A stretch of DNA of 64,000 nucleotides from a candidate division FCPU426 bacterium (GTDB lineage Bacteria; Oederibacteriota; JAAXVQ01; JAUVAV01). The notes beneath the pieces were generated by a model. That model was not told the origin of the DNA and ran no database searches. It saw nothing but the letters and a program-made list of their open reading frames with translations. Where the stretch lies: NCBI GenBank assembly GCA_040756875.1, contig JBFLYH010000001.1, positions 1,180,878 to 1,244,877 on the forward strand, given 5' to 3'. This document shows, in pieces, positions 9,577 to 19,162 of the stretch. How positions within the stretch are numbered: the first letter of the stretch is position 1; each line of letters starts with the position of its first letter. The translations under genes were made by a program, and so were the position numbers.

Positions 9577-10136
9577 AACAGCGGCAGCTGTTCCCCGGCC
9601 GCCGGATAAGTGACGCGGTTTTGCCTGATCTCGGCCCCGGGCCGGAGGCGATGCTCCTGCGGCTCCAGTTCGGCGTGCAAGTGCCAGACCTGGAATCCCC
9701 GAACCAGCAGGCAGTCGGACAGGAATTGCCGGTGGCATTGCCGCCAATCCGCTTCCGCGCACACCAGCGCCACCTTGCCCAGGTCGGCCAGGGCCAGCAG
9801 GCGGGTCAGGCCGCGGTCGGCCTCGGCCCCCAGCAGGTAATCCGCATACGGCCGCCACTCGCGGGGCAAGCCGGTGTTGGGCGATTGCGACAGACCCGTC
9901 CGGTTTTTCCCGCCCAGTTCCTTGAGGTGGTGATACGTCATGCCGACCGCCGGCAGGCGTTCGGCCAGGTTTTCCAGGTTGAACTGGGGATGGCGACGGG
10001 AACGCGGCTGGCTGCGGACATCCACCACGGTTTGAATGCCGTGCCGCCGCAGGAGGGCGATGAAAACTTCCAGCGGCAGGGTGGAATGCCCCAGGGTATA
10101 TATTCGTTTATTTCCTTTTTTTCCTGTTTCACCCAT
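9573..10136 (-). CDS. DUF488 family protein
   Basis: IYTLGHST, VVDVRSQPRSR, ELGG, LVCAEADWRQCHR. Start placed at MGETGK. Confidence 0.85.
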   Translation of the reverse strand: MGETGKKGNKRIYTLGHSTLPLEVFIALLRRHGIQTVVDVRSQPRSRRHPQFNLENLAERLPAVGMTYHHLKELGGKNRTGLSQSPNTGLPREWRPYADYLLGAEADRGLTRLLALADLGKVALVCAEADWRQCHRQFLSDCLLVRGFQVWHLHAELEPQEHRLRPGAEIRQNRVTYPAAGEQLPLF

Positions 10137-10237
10137 GGAATCCCCATCCGTTGACGAGAAGAGATTATACAAAAAAATCCCGATTCGGTGTTTATTATCG
10201 GCCGGTTTTATTTTCCAATGAGCACCGGCAGAGCCGC

Positions 10238-10299
10238 GGGGCGATAGGGGAAAGCGGATTTTCCTCCCCTTTCCCCTGTCGCCTATCCCCTCTCCATCT
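10238..10299. repeat. Inverted array of 7-nt repeats (STRR-like hairpin)
   Basis: GGGGCGA TAGGGGA AAGCGGA opposite TCCCCTT TCCCCTG TCGCCTA TCCCCTC TCCATCT; 15-bp stem at 10240-10254/10269-10283. Confidence 0.55.
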
Positions 10300-11050
10300 T
10301 TTTGCAGGCCGGACAATCAGGGGCGGGCCGGAAAGCGACTTCACGCCAGCGCTGTTCGAGCGCCTGGTAAATCAGCAGGCGGTTGGTCAGGAGGCGACCG
10401 ACGCCCAGCAGGTGTTTGACGGCTTCCGTGGCCTGGATCACGCCCAGGCTTCCGGCCACGGTGCCCAGAATGCCGGCCGGCGACTGGTCCTGCGCCTGAC
10501 CCGAAGGCGAAGGGGGCGACTGGAAGAGGCAGCGGTAGCAACCGGCCTGGCCGCCGGGCAGATAGGTGAAGGTCTGGCCCTCGAAACCGCTCACGCCGGC
10601 GTGGCTGAAAGGCTTGCGCAGCCGGACGCAAACATCGGAAACCAGGAATTTCGAGGGAAAATTGTCCGTGGCGTCGATGACAAAGTCATAGCCAGCCGCC
10701 AGCTGCGGCAGGTTCTCGGCCGTGGCCCGGGTTTCCAGGAGGTCCAACGCCGTTTCCGGATTGAAAGCCCGCAGTTTGTCGGCGGCGGAAAGGGTTTTGG
10801 GCCGGCCCACGTCGGCGGCGGCGTGCAGAATCTGGCGTTGCAGGTTGGACGCTTCCACGCGGTCGCTGTCCAGCAACCCCAGGCGCCCGACCCCGGCTGC
10901 GGCCAGATACCAGGCCGCCGCCGAGCCCAGCCCGCCAAGCCCCGCGATTAAAACCGAGGCCTGCGCCAGGCGGGCCTGTCCGTCCGCACCGATCTCGGGC
11001 AGTTGAATCTGGCGTGCGTAGCGTTGGGTCTGTTCCGGGGTCAAGGACAT
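10283..11050 (-). CDS. HesA/MoeB/ThiF family adenylyltransferase
   Basis: RYARQI, GLGGLG, DSDRVEASNLQRQ, DATDN, and Zn-binding CYRC and CPAC. Confidence 0.92.
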   Translation of the reverse strand: MSLTPEQTQRYARQIQLPEIGADGQARLAQASVLIAGLGGLGSAAAWYLAAAGVGRLGLLDSDRVEASNLQRQILHAAADVGRPKTLSAADKLRAFNPETALDLLETRATAENLPQLAAGYDFVIDATDNFPSKFLVSDVCVRLRKPFSHAGVSGFEGQTFTYLPGGQAGCYRCLFQSPPSPSGQAQDQSPAGILGTVAGSLGVIQATEAVKHLLGVGRLLTNRLLIYQALEQRWREVAFRPAPDCPACKKMERG

Positions 11051-11090
11051 GGAGGAGGCATGCTCCGGGGCCGGAGGTCCCCGGAAGGGT

Positions 11091-11537
11091 TCATTTCATT
11101 AACGAAGATTTGGAATAATCCAGCTTGTAATCCACGAAAAAAGTCTTGAGGATGTCGCGGCCGGTCTCGGTGATTTCCAGGAATTGTACGCCCACCAGGT
11201 ATTTTTTGCCGTTGCGGTGCTGGCACCAGGCCACGCGGGAAAGGACCGCCACGGGAATGCAGCCTTTGTCGTCGCAGACTTGGTCGTCGAACTGACGGAG
11301 CTTGTTGCTGGCGTTTTCAGGCACCAGCAGGGTCAACAGCACTTTTTGTTCGGCTTCCAGTTTTTTCTCGCAGGTCATGGCCAGGCCTTCCACGCCCAGA
11401 TCCGCGGAAACCGTCTCGAAGGCAGGCGACAGCTTTTCACGGTTGACCAGCATGAATTGAATGCTCAGGGTGAGGGGGATACGGGGGTAACGCCTCCGTT
11501 CCGCCGAGGTTTCACCGGAATATTGGGTGGGATTCAT
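11091..11537 (-). CDS. PilZ domain protein
   Basis: RRRYPR motif, DLGVEG, SRVAW, GVQF. Start at MNPTQ with an AAGGAG RBS (the ORF extends to 11573). Confidence 0.75.
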   Translation of the reverse strand: MNPTQYSGETSAERRRYPRIPLTLSIQFMLVNREKLSPAFETVSADLGVEGLAMTCEKKLEAEQKVLLTLLVPENASNKLRQFDDQVCDDKGCIPVAVLSRVAWCQHRNGKKYLVGVQFLEITETGRDILKTFFVDYKLDYSKSSLMK

Positions 11538-11804
11538 CGGGTATCGCTCCTTCGGCTTTCTGACCGGCCTCATGTTACCACGCCGACCCGATGCCGCAAA
11601 GCCTTTTTTACGGCACCCTGCCCCCGAATCGGAAACACCGGACTCCGCGGCGAGGACGGACCTGCTCCGCCTGGTTATGCAACCACGCTCCCCTTGCGTC
11701 AGGCTTCCACGCCGCGTTCTCGCCAGCCAGACAGCGGGAAAAGGGCTTTCAGGCCCAGATTATCCCTTACTTTTGAGCGGTGAATTTGGTAAGATAAACA
11801 TCCT

Positions 11805-13616
11805 ATGTCTGCCACCCGCAAGCCAAGACCTAAAGCCCGGTTACGGAGCCGGCGGCCGGCGCGTCGCCGGCCCGCCTCGGGCGCCACCTGCGCCTATGTG
11901 CAAGACCTGTATAAACAACTGTGCAGCGATGACCAGGCGTTTCTCTTCACGCGCATCCTTGATCACAATCCCACGGCGGTCATGATCGCCTCCCCGCAAG
12001 GCCTGATCGAGTACGTCAACCCCCGTTTCTCCCAGATCAGCGGCCGGCGGGTGCGGCAGCTGACCGGTCAGCGCCTGCCCGCCCTGGCCAAGGCCGAGGA
12101 GGATTTCTGGGGCTTGCTGTGGGAAAAAGTCCGGGCCCGCAGCGAATGGCAGGGCGAGCTCCGCCCCGCGGATTCAAACCGGTCCGCGGAATGGGATTCC
12201 GTGACCGTGCGGCCGGTCCGGAACCGGCGCGGCCAAGTGGCCAACATCCTGGTCTTCCTCGAGGACGTCTCCCGCCAAAAACAATCCGAAGCCATGATCG
12301 AGCATCTCGCCCACTACGATTCCCTGACCGACCTCCCCAACCGGGAATACTTCCGCCATCGCCTCGCCGCGGCCATCGACGCCGCCAAAAAGCAAGGGCA
12401 CAAAGTGGGCGTGGCCATCGTGGGGCTGGACCGCTTCAAATTAATCAACAGCAGCCTGGGGCATTCGGCCGGTGACCGCGTGATCCGCAGCGTGGGCCAC
12501 CGGCTCCGGGACCAGGTGGACGAATCCATCCTGATCGCGCGCATGGGCGGCGATGAATTCATCCTGCTCTTCCCGCGTTTGAGCCATTTCCGCCAGGCCA
12601 CCCAGCACTGCCAGGAAATCCTCGCCGCCTTCGCCCAGCCGTTCCAGATGGGCGAGCAGGAAGTTTACGTCAAGGCCAGCATGGGCGTCAGCCTGTACCC
12701 CGAAGACGGCGACGATCCGCAGACGCTTATCAAGAACGCGGATGCCGCCCTCAACGAAGCCAAGCAGACCGGCCGCAACCACCACAAGTTTTACACGGCC
12801 AAGCTGGATTCCGTAGCGCCGCAGCAGCTTTTCATCGAAACGTCCCTGCGCCAGGCCCTGGAGCGGGAGGAATTCGTGGTGTATTACCAGCCCCAGGTCG
12901 ACTTCGCCAAAAATCAAATCATCGGCTGGGAGGCGCTGCTGCGCTGGCAGCATCCCACCATGGGCCTGGTGGCGCCGGACCGCTTCATCACCCTGGCCGA
13001 GGAAACCGGCTTGATCGTGCCCCTGGGGCTCTGGGCGCTGAAGACCGCCTGCCGCCAGGTGCGGCACTGGCACCTGGCCGGGTTTCCGGACCTGCGCATC
13101 GCGGTCAACCTCTCCGCCCGTCAGATCCTGGAGCCCGAACTGGTCGAGGCCGTGCTGGGCATCTGCCGGGAATCGGACTTGGACCCCCGCTTCCTGGAGC
13201 TTGAAATCACGGAGAGCCTCTTTATGGAAGACTCCACGGTCACCAAAATGATTTTGCAGTGGCTGCGGAAAAAAGGCGCGAGCATCGCCATCGACGATTT
13301 CGGCACCGGGTACTCCTCCCTGACGTACCTCAAGCAGTTCCCGATCAACGCCCTGAAAATCGACCGTTCCTTCGTCATGGATTGCCTGACCAATCCGGAC
13401 GACGCGGCCATCGTCACTACCATCGTTTCCATCGCCCGCAACCTGGATTTGCGCCTGATCGCCGAAGGCGTGGAAACCGTGGAGCAACTGCGTTTCCTGC
13501 AATCCCTGGGCTGCCATGAATTTCAGGGGTACCTGTTTTCGCGCCCCCTGCCCGCCGCCGAATGCCTGGCCCGCCTGAAAGCGGGCCTCGGCCTGCCGCC
13601 GTTCACCCCGGCCTGA
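11805..13616 (+). CDS. PAS-GGDEF-EAL diguanylate cyclase/phosphodiesterase
   Basis: PAS (YVNPRF), YDSLTDLPNR, RMGGDEF, EALLRW, ELEITES, DDFGTGYSS, AEGVE. Confidence 0.95.
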   Translation: MSATRKPRPKARLRSRRPARRRPASGATCAYVQDLYKQLCSDDQAFLFTRILDHNPTAVMIASPQGLIEYVNPRFSQISGRRVRQLTGQRLPALAKAEEDFWGLLWEKVRARSEWQGELRPADSNRSAEWDSVTVRPVRNRRGQVANILVFLEDVSRQKQSEAMIEHLAHYDSLTDLPNREYFRHRLAAAIDAAKKQGHKVGVAIVGLDRFKLINSSLGHSAGDRVIRSVGHRLRDQVDESILIARMGGDEFILLFPRLSHFRQATQHCQEILAAFAQPFQMGEQEVYVKASMGVSLYPEDGDDPQTLIKNADAALNEAKQTGRNHHKFYTAKLDSVAPQQLFIETSLRQALEREEFVVYYQPQVDFAKNQIIGWEALLRWQHPTMGLVAPDRFITLAEETGLIVPLGLWALKTACRQVRHWHLAGFPDLRIAVNLSARQILEPELVEAVLGICRESDLDPRFLELEITESLFMEDSTVTKMILQWLRKKGASIAIDDFGTGYSSLTYLKQFPINALKIDRSFVMDCLTNPDDAAIVTTIVSIARNLDLRLIAEGVETVEQLRFLQSLGCHEFQGYLFSRPLPAAECLARLKAGLGLPPFTPA

Positions 13617-13628
13617 TCCCGGCCCGCC

Positions 13629-14381
13629 ATGTCCGACGGCTCCACCCCAACGCCGGTGCGTTTGTCCAAACTCATGGCCGAACGCGGCCTGTGCTCGCGC
13701 CGCGAAGCGGACGAACTCATCAGCCGCGGCTGGGTCCTGGTTGACGGCAGTCCGGTTTCCGTGCTGGGCACGAAGATCCTGCCGGGCCAGCGGATCACCC
13801 TGGCGCCCGCAGCCCGCGCCAGCCTCCAACGCAGCGTGACCATCCTGCTCAACAAGCCCCTGGGGTACGTGTCCGGCCAGCCGGAACCCGGCGCGCGGCC
13901 CGCGGTTTCGCTGATCGTGCCGGCCAACCGCTTCCCCGGCGATCGTGCGCCCCTGAAATTTTCGCCCGTGCATCTCAAGCAGCTGGCGCCGGCCGGGCGC
14001 CTGGACGTCAATTCCCAGGGCCTGCTGGTTTTCACCCAGGACGGCCGCATCGCGCGCCTGCTGGTCGGCGCCGAGGGCCGGATCGAAAAGGAATACCTGG
14101 TCCGGGTCGAGGGCCGGTTGACCCCGGAGGCGCTGGAACGGCTGCGGCATGGATTGAGCCTGGACGGAAAAAAATTGCGGCCCGCCACGGTGCGGCGGCT
14201 GGACGAGGGTCACCTGCAGATGATCCTGCGGGAAGGGAGAAAACGCCAGATCCGGCGGATGTGCGAAGCCGTGGGCCTGGCGGTCACCGGCCTGAAGCGG
14301 GTGCGCATCGGCCGGGTGGCGCTGGGAAACCTGCCCTCGGGCCAGTGGCGCTATCTGGGGCCCGACGAGCGCTTTGATTAG
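13629..14381 (+). CDS. rRNA pseudouridine synthase, RsuA/RluB/E/F family
   Basis: S4 domain (CSRREAD), LNKP, catalytic [18 protein letters not shown]. Confidence 0.92.
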   Translation: MSDGSTPTPVRLSKLMAERGLCSRREADELISRGWVLVDGSPVSVLGTKILPGQRITLAPAARASLQRSVTILLNKPLGYVSGQPEPGARPAVSLIVPANRFPGDRAPLKFSPVHLKQLAPAGRLDVNSQGLLVFTQDGRIARLLVGAEGRIEKEYLVRVEGRLTPEALERLRHGLSLDGKKLRPATVRRLDEGHLQMILREGRKRQIRRMCEAVGLAVTGLKRVRIGRVALGNLPSGQWRYLGPDERFD

Positions 14382-16330
14382 GGTTGGATTTTCACTTCCA
14401 AAATTTCACTCTGGGCGGTTTCGTTCCCTTCACGGTCCAAAGCCGTGACCGCGAACCGCCACACGCCCGGCTCCAATCCCGGCAGGTAAACGAAATTCCG
14501 CTGCGTCGAGCGCTTGGTCGTCCGCTGCAGGTCTTTCTTGGCGCCTTTGGCCTGGTAGAAGTGGTAGCGTCGCCACAGCATCCCGTCCACCCAATAAACG
14601 ATCAATCCGTCGGCCGTGCGCAGGTACTGCGGTTTGGGCGGCGGGGTTTTCAATTCCGCGAACAATTTGTTCATTTGGGAAAAACCGGTCTGCACATTGT
14701 TCAGTTTCAGTTCGGCGTCTTCGGCCTGTTTCTGCAGCTGGGCGATGCGGGCTCCGGCGTCGCGGAGTTTGGCCTGATCCGCGCCCAGACGGCGGTTCAC
14801 GCCCAGGATGCCTTCGTATCCGGCGACGGCCACGGCGATGCCGGCCAGAAACAACAAGGCCGGCTGCGCCCAGCGCCGCGTCTGCCCCGTAAAAAACCCG
14901 CTCCGCGGCAACGCGGTTTTGGGAGGTTCAAGCTGATTGCGCTTCCCCCGCGGGCCTTCAACTTTGTCCGGAGCGCCGGTGTCCGCTGCCACGGGCACGG
15001 CCCTGGGTTCGGATGGTTCCGGGTTCCCGAACAATGACAAGGTCTCGTTCCGTGCCGGTTCGGCCGGCGGCTGAACGGTTTGGGGCGGCTGGGGCGCAGG
15101 GCCGGAAAGTTCCGTGGGTTGAGGCAAGGAGACCGGCGCAGCCTCAAGCTCACGCGGGGGCGCGGGTTCTATGGTTGGCGCCAAGGTCGGTTCAGGCGCC
15201 GTCGTGGATTCCACCAGCCACGCAGACGCAGGCGTGGATTCGATCTGGAAGACGCTAGCCGGAGCGGTGACAGGTTCCGTCACTGGCGCGGACGCCGGCG
15301 GCTCAGCTGCAGATCCGGATTCTTCAGGCAGCGGCAGCGGGGCTTCCGGGGACGGCCGGGGTTCGAAAAACGCCCCGGTTTTCAGATCAGGCGCTGGTTC
15401 AGCCGCTGGTTGGGGTTGGGGCTCGACCGGCAATGCCAGCAAGGCATCCAGCCAGTCCGATTCCTCGGAGGCGACCGGCGCAGCCGGAACAACCGCTTCA
15501 GCCGCCGGCGCCGCGGCAGCGGAGGGCGGAAGCTCCGGCGTTTGCAGAACACCCGGATCGGCTTCCTTGGCTTTGGCCCCGGTTGCAGTGGCCGTAGGGA
15601 CGGACGCGCGGTCATGTTCAGGGTCCGGCTTGTCCGAAACCAAGGCCGCCCCTTTACCCGGGGTTCCGGCTGGTTCGGGTTCCAAAATTTCAGAGTCGGA
15701 TTTTGGCTGCCGGATGGAACCAGGCACAGGCGAATTCCCGCTCAGCTGAGGTTGCGGCGACGGCGGTTGCGGGACCGAAGCGGGTATGTTTGGTCCAGGC
15801 CCGGACGGGGCTGTTTGGGCGGCATGGCGAAGCACGGCACTGGACTCCGGAACCACAGGAGCAGGCTTGACAGCAGGCGCCTGTGCGGCGCCCGGCCGGA
15901 CTTGATTTGCGTTTGGAACCGGGGCCGGTCTGGCTACAGGCATCCCAGGCCTGGGCATGGCTGTTGAGCCGGGCAACCCGGCTGCTTTGGCGCCGGGCGG
16001 AACCACGGATTTGGAAGCCAGAGGAGTGACAGGCCGGCCCGCAGGGGAAACAGCCGGCGGGGCCGGACGTCCCGGCCCGGGCACCCCCGGTCTGGCCGGC
16101 TGGGGAGCCGGGGAACGAAGCGGTCCGGCTGTGGCGGGACGAACCGCGCCCGGCGGAGCCGGTTTGGGCGCGGCGGCCGCGGGTTTTGAAACCAGCGGCC
16201 CGGCAGGACGGGATTTAACAGGCTGATTGCCTGCGACCGCCGGCCGCCTGACCGGCACGCTTTTTTTGACGGCAGATTCTTTTCCCGAGCGTTCCGCTTT
16301 CATCCCGTCTTTTCCTTTTCGCATATTCAT
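14378..16330 (-). CDS. Hypothetical bitopic membrane protein: long Pro/Ala-rich region, TM, coiled coil, FN3-like C-terminus
   Basis: About 480 aa of low-complexity sequence, [16 protein letters not shown], heptad segment, C-terminal [21 protein letters not shown]. The start may be 16303. Confidence 0.7.
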   Translation of the reverse strand: MNMRKGKDGMKAERSGKESAVKKSVPVRRPAVAGNQPVKSRPAGPLVSKPAAAAPKPAPPGAVRPATAGPLRSPAPQPARPGVPGPGRPAPPAVSPAGRPVTPLASKSVVPPGAKAAGLPGSTAMPRPGMPVARPAPVPNANQVRPGAAQAPAVKPAPVVPESSAVLRHAAQTAPSGPGPNIPASVPQPPSPQPQLSGNSPVPGSIRQPKSDSEILEPEPAGTPGKGAALVSDKPDPEHDRASVPTATATGAKAKEADPGVLQTPELPPSAAAAPAAEAVVPAAPVASEESDWLDALLALPVEPQPQPAAEPAPDLKTGAFFEPRPSPEAPLPLPEESGSAAEPPASAPVTEPVTAPASVFQIESTPASAWLVESTTAPEPTLAPTIEPAPPRELEAAPVSLPQPTELSGPAPQPPQTVQPPAEPARNETLSLFGNPEPSEPRAVPVAADTGAPDKVEGPRGKRNQLEPPKTALPRSGFFTGQTRRWAQPALLFLAGIAVAVAGYEGILGVNRRLGADQAKLRDAGARIAQLQKQAEDAELKLNNVQTGFSQMNKLFAELKTPPPKPQYLRTADGLIVYWVDGMLWRRYHFYQAKGAKKDLQRTTKRSTQRNFVYLPGLEPGVWRFAVTALDREGNETAQSEILEVKIQP

Positions 16331-16454
16331 TTATCATACGAAAAAAACGGCAAGAATCAACCTTTAAACATACGGTTCTTCCGGATCAGGCCTTTATTTC
16401 CAATCGAATCCGCCGATCCTTGTAATGGCGTTTCTACCCCAGGCAGGAGACTCC

Positions 16455-18239
16455 ATGCCACTTGAACCATCCAAAACCAACCTGATCCGCAGTGTCCCGG
16501 CCGACCCGGCTGCCTGGCTGGATTCCCTTCCCGCGGCGGACCGGGAAAACAGCAGCCAGCTTTTAGCGGCCGCGGCCTGGTACTGCCCTGCGGCGGTCAT
16601 CATTATCAACGCCCAAAAAAAAGTGGTCGGGGTCAATCCGCAGTTCTGCGAAATGACCGGGTTCGCGCCGGACAACATCTCCGGCCAGCAGTTGGATTTC
16701 ATCGCAGCCGAGCATCCGGGCATCCTGCTGTTCGCCAACCTGATCCAGGCTTTACGAACCGGGCGGACGCTTCAAGGCGAATACTACACCTGCAAAAAGG
16801 ACGGCTCCCGGTATTGGGAACAGGAACGGCTGCAGCCCTTTCCGCCCCAGGGCGAACCGGCCTTCGTTATTGGATTCCTCCAGGACCTTACGCCGCGCAA
16901 ATACGCGCAGGCCCTGGCTTCCCAGTTCGCCTTCCAGGACCTGCTGACCGAACTGCCAAATCGTCTGGCTTTCGGCAGCCTGCTGGAAGAGACCCTGCAT
17001 CATTCCGTGAGCCGCGGCCAAAAACTGGCGCTGGCCCTGCTGGACCTGGACCGTTTCAAGATCATCAACGAAACCCTGGGCCATGCCATCGGCGACCAGC
17101 TGCTGCAAAGCGTGGCGCGGCGCCTCCGGTCCCAGATGGAACCCGGGGACGCCCTGGCGCGCATGGGCGGCGACGAATTCATCCTGCTGCTGCCTTATGT
17201 CGCCGATTTCCAGTCCGTGGTGCACAAAATCAAGAAAGTCATGGCCGGATTCCTCATGCCGTTTTCAGCCAACCAACAGACGCTCCACATCAAAGCCAGC
17301 TGCGGCATCAGCCTGTTTCCGGAGGACGGCCAGGACGCCTCCACCCTGTTGCGGAACGCCGACTCCGCGCTCAGCCAGGCCAAATCCTCGGGCCGCAACA
17401 ACTACCGTTTCTATACGGCCAAATTGAACGCCCTGGCCTTGAACGAACTGGTGCTGGAAATGGCGCTGCGCGGCGCGCTCGACCAGGGAGAACTCGACGT
17501 CTTCTACCAGCCCCAAGTCAGCCTGCACACCGGCCGGATCGTGGGCGTGGAAGCCCTGTTGCGCTGGCAGCATCCGGAGTTCGGCATGGTGCCGCCGGAC
17601 CGCTTCATCCCGCTGGCCGAAGAGACCGGCATGATCGTGCCCATCGGCAGCTGGGTCCTGCGCACGGCCTGCCGCCACCACCGGGAATGGATGGACGCCG
17701 GGCTGCCGGACCTGCGGCTGGCGGTCAATTTGTCGGGGCGGCAGTTTCAGGAGCCGGAGATCGTGGAGCAGATCCTGGGGATTTGCGAGGAATGCAGGTT
17801 CGACCCGTCCCGCCTGGATCTGGAAATCACCGAAAGCGTGCTGCTCAAGGACCTGAACAACGCCAATCTGGTGCTGAGGTGGCTGAAGAAAAAAGGCGTG
17901 ACCCTGACCATCGACGACTTCGGCACCGGATATTCCTCCCTCCAGTACCTGCAGCGTTTTGCCGTGGACGGCATCAAAGTCGACCGGAGTTTCGTGCGCG
18001 ACTGCCTGGTCAACCCGGACAACGCCGCCCTGGTGTCCGCCATTTGCGCGATCGGCCGCAATTTCAAGCTGCGCCTGACCGCCGAGGGCGTGGAGGAGCG
18101 TGACCAGCTGCATCTGCTCAAGCGGCTGGGCTGCGACGAATTTCAGGGCTATTATTTTTCCCAGCCCCTGCCCCAGGTGGAATGCCGCGCCCTGCTGCAG
18201 CTTTCGCCCACCTTGTCTGCCGAGGACCCCGAACCCTAG
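16455..18239 (+). CDS. PAS-GGDEF-EAL diguanylate cyclase/phosphodiesterase
   Basis: PAS, DLDRFK, RMGGDEF, EALLRW, DDFGTGYSS. Start at MPLEP with an AGGAG RBS (the ORF extends to 16425). Confidence 0.95.
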   Translation: MPLEPSKTNLIRSVPADPAAWLDSLPAADRENSSQLLAAAAWYCPAAVIIINAQKKVVGVNPQFCEMTGFAPDNISGQQLDFIAAEHPGILLFANLIQALRTGRTLQGEYYTCKKDGSRYWEQERLQPFPPQGEPAFVIGFLQDLTPRKYAQALASQFAFQDLLTELPNRLAFGSLLEETLHHSVSRGQKLALALLDLDRFKIINETLGHAIGDQLLQSVARRLRSQMEPGDALARMGGDEFILLLPYVADFQSVVHKIKKVMAGFLMPFSANQQTLHIKASCGISLFPEDGQDASTLLRNADSALSQAKSSGRNNYRFYTAKLNALALNELVLEMALRGALDQGELDVFYQPQVSLHTGRIVGVEALLRWQHPEFGMVPPDRFIPLAEETGMIVPIGSWVLRTACRHHREWMDAGLPDLRLAVNLSGRQFQEPEIVEQILGICEECRFDPSRLDLEITESVLLKDLNNANLVLRWLKKKGVTLTIDDFGTGYSSLQYLQRFAVDGIKVDRSFVRDCLVNPDNAALVSAICAIGRNFKLRLTAEGVEERDQLHLLKRLGCDEFQGYYFSQPLPQVECRALLQLSPTLSAEDPEP

Positions 18240-19162
18240 GCCGGGCTTGTCCCTGCCGACTTTAGCCCGTTTTCCACCTCGTCCGCCGCCGCGCCCATTT
18301 CCTCCCCGGACACCCAGTGGATCCTGATGCCGCGGCGTTCCATGCGGCGGAACCAGGTTTCCTGGCGCTTGGCCAGGCGTCCGATCTCAAGGGCGAGCCG
18401 CCGGAACAAATCTTCCTCGCTCCGGATCGCTCCCAGCAGGAAGTCGGCCACGTGGCGGTATTCCAGTCCCAGGCTGCGCAGGCGCTCCCAGGAGACCCCG
18501 CGTTCGTGGAGCCCGGCCACCTCCGCGATCATGCCCGCTGCCAGCCGTTCCCGCAGCCGCCGGGCGATGCGTTCGCGGAGCCGGTCGCGGTTCCAGCGCA
18601 GTCCGGCCACGTAGGCCTCCAGGCGGGGGTGTTCCGCCGGCTGCCCGGTTTTTCCGGCCAGGGCGATCTCCACGGCCCGGACCAGGCGCTCCCGGTTGTC
18701 GAGGTCCGTGCGGTTGTGCAAGTCCGGCTTGAGGCGTAGCAGGCCTTCCGCCAGGACCGCGGAATCCAGGCGCGCCAGTTCCGCGCGCAGCACCGGGTCG
18801 GGTTTGCTTTCGACCAGCGGATAATCCAGCAGCACGGATTCCAGATACAAGCCCGTTCCGCCCACCAGCACCGGCAGACGGGCGCGTTGCCGGACCGTTT
18901 CGAAAGCCGCGTAGAAAGCCCGCTGGAAATGGTAGACGCTGAATTCCTCCGACAGATCCGCGCAGTCGATCAAGTGGTGCGGCACCCGGCGCCCGCCCGC
19001 CTCGTAGGCGTCGAGGTCCTTGCCCGCGCCCAGGTCCAAGCCGCGGTACACTTGCCGCGAATCCGCCGAGATCACTTCCCCGCCCAAACGCAGCGCCAGT
19101 TCCACGCCCAGCCGGGTCTTGCCCGAAGCCGTGGGGCCGAGTACCACCAGGAGGTTAGGCAT
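18236..19162 (-). CDS. miaA: tRNA dimethylallyltransferase
   Basis: GPTASGKT, ISADSRQVY, HHLID, VGGTGLY, AKRQETW. Confidence 0.95.
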   Translation of the reverse strand: MPNLLVVLGPTASGKTRLGVELALRLGGEVISADSRQVYRGLDLGAGKDLDAYEAGGRRVPHHLIDCADLSEEFSVYHFQRAFYAAFETVRQRARLPVLVGGTGLYLESVLLDYPLVESKPDPVLRAELARLDSAVLAEGLLRLKPDLHNRTDLDNRERLVRAVEIALAGKTGQPAEHPRLEAYVAGLRWNRDRLRERIARRLRERLAAGMIAEVAGLHERGVSWERLRSLGLEYRHVADFLLGAIRSEEDLFRRLALEIGRLAKRQETWFRRMERRGIRIHWVSGEEMGAAADEVENGLKSAGTSPA

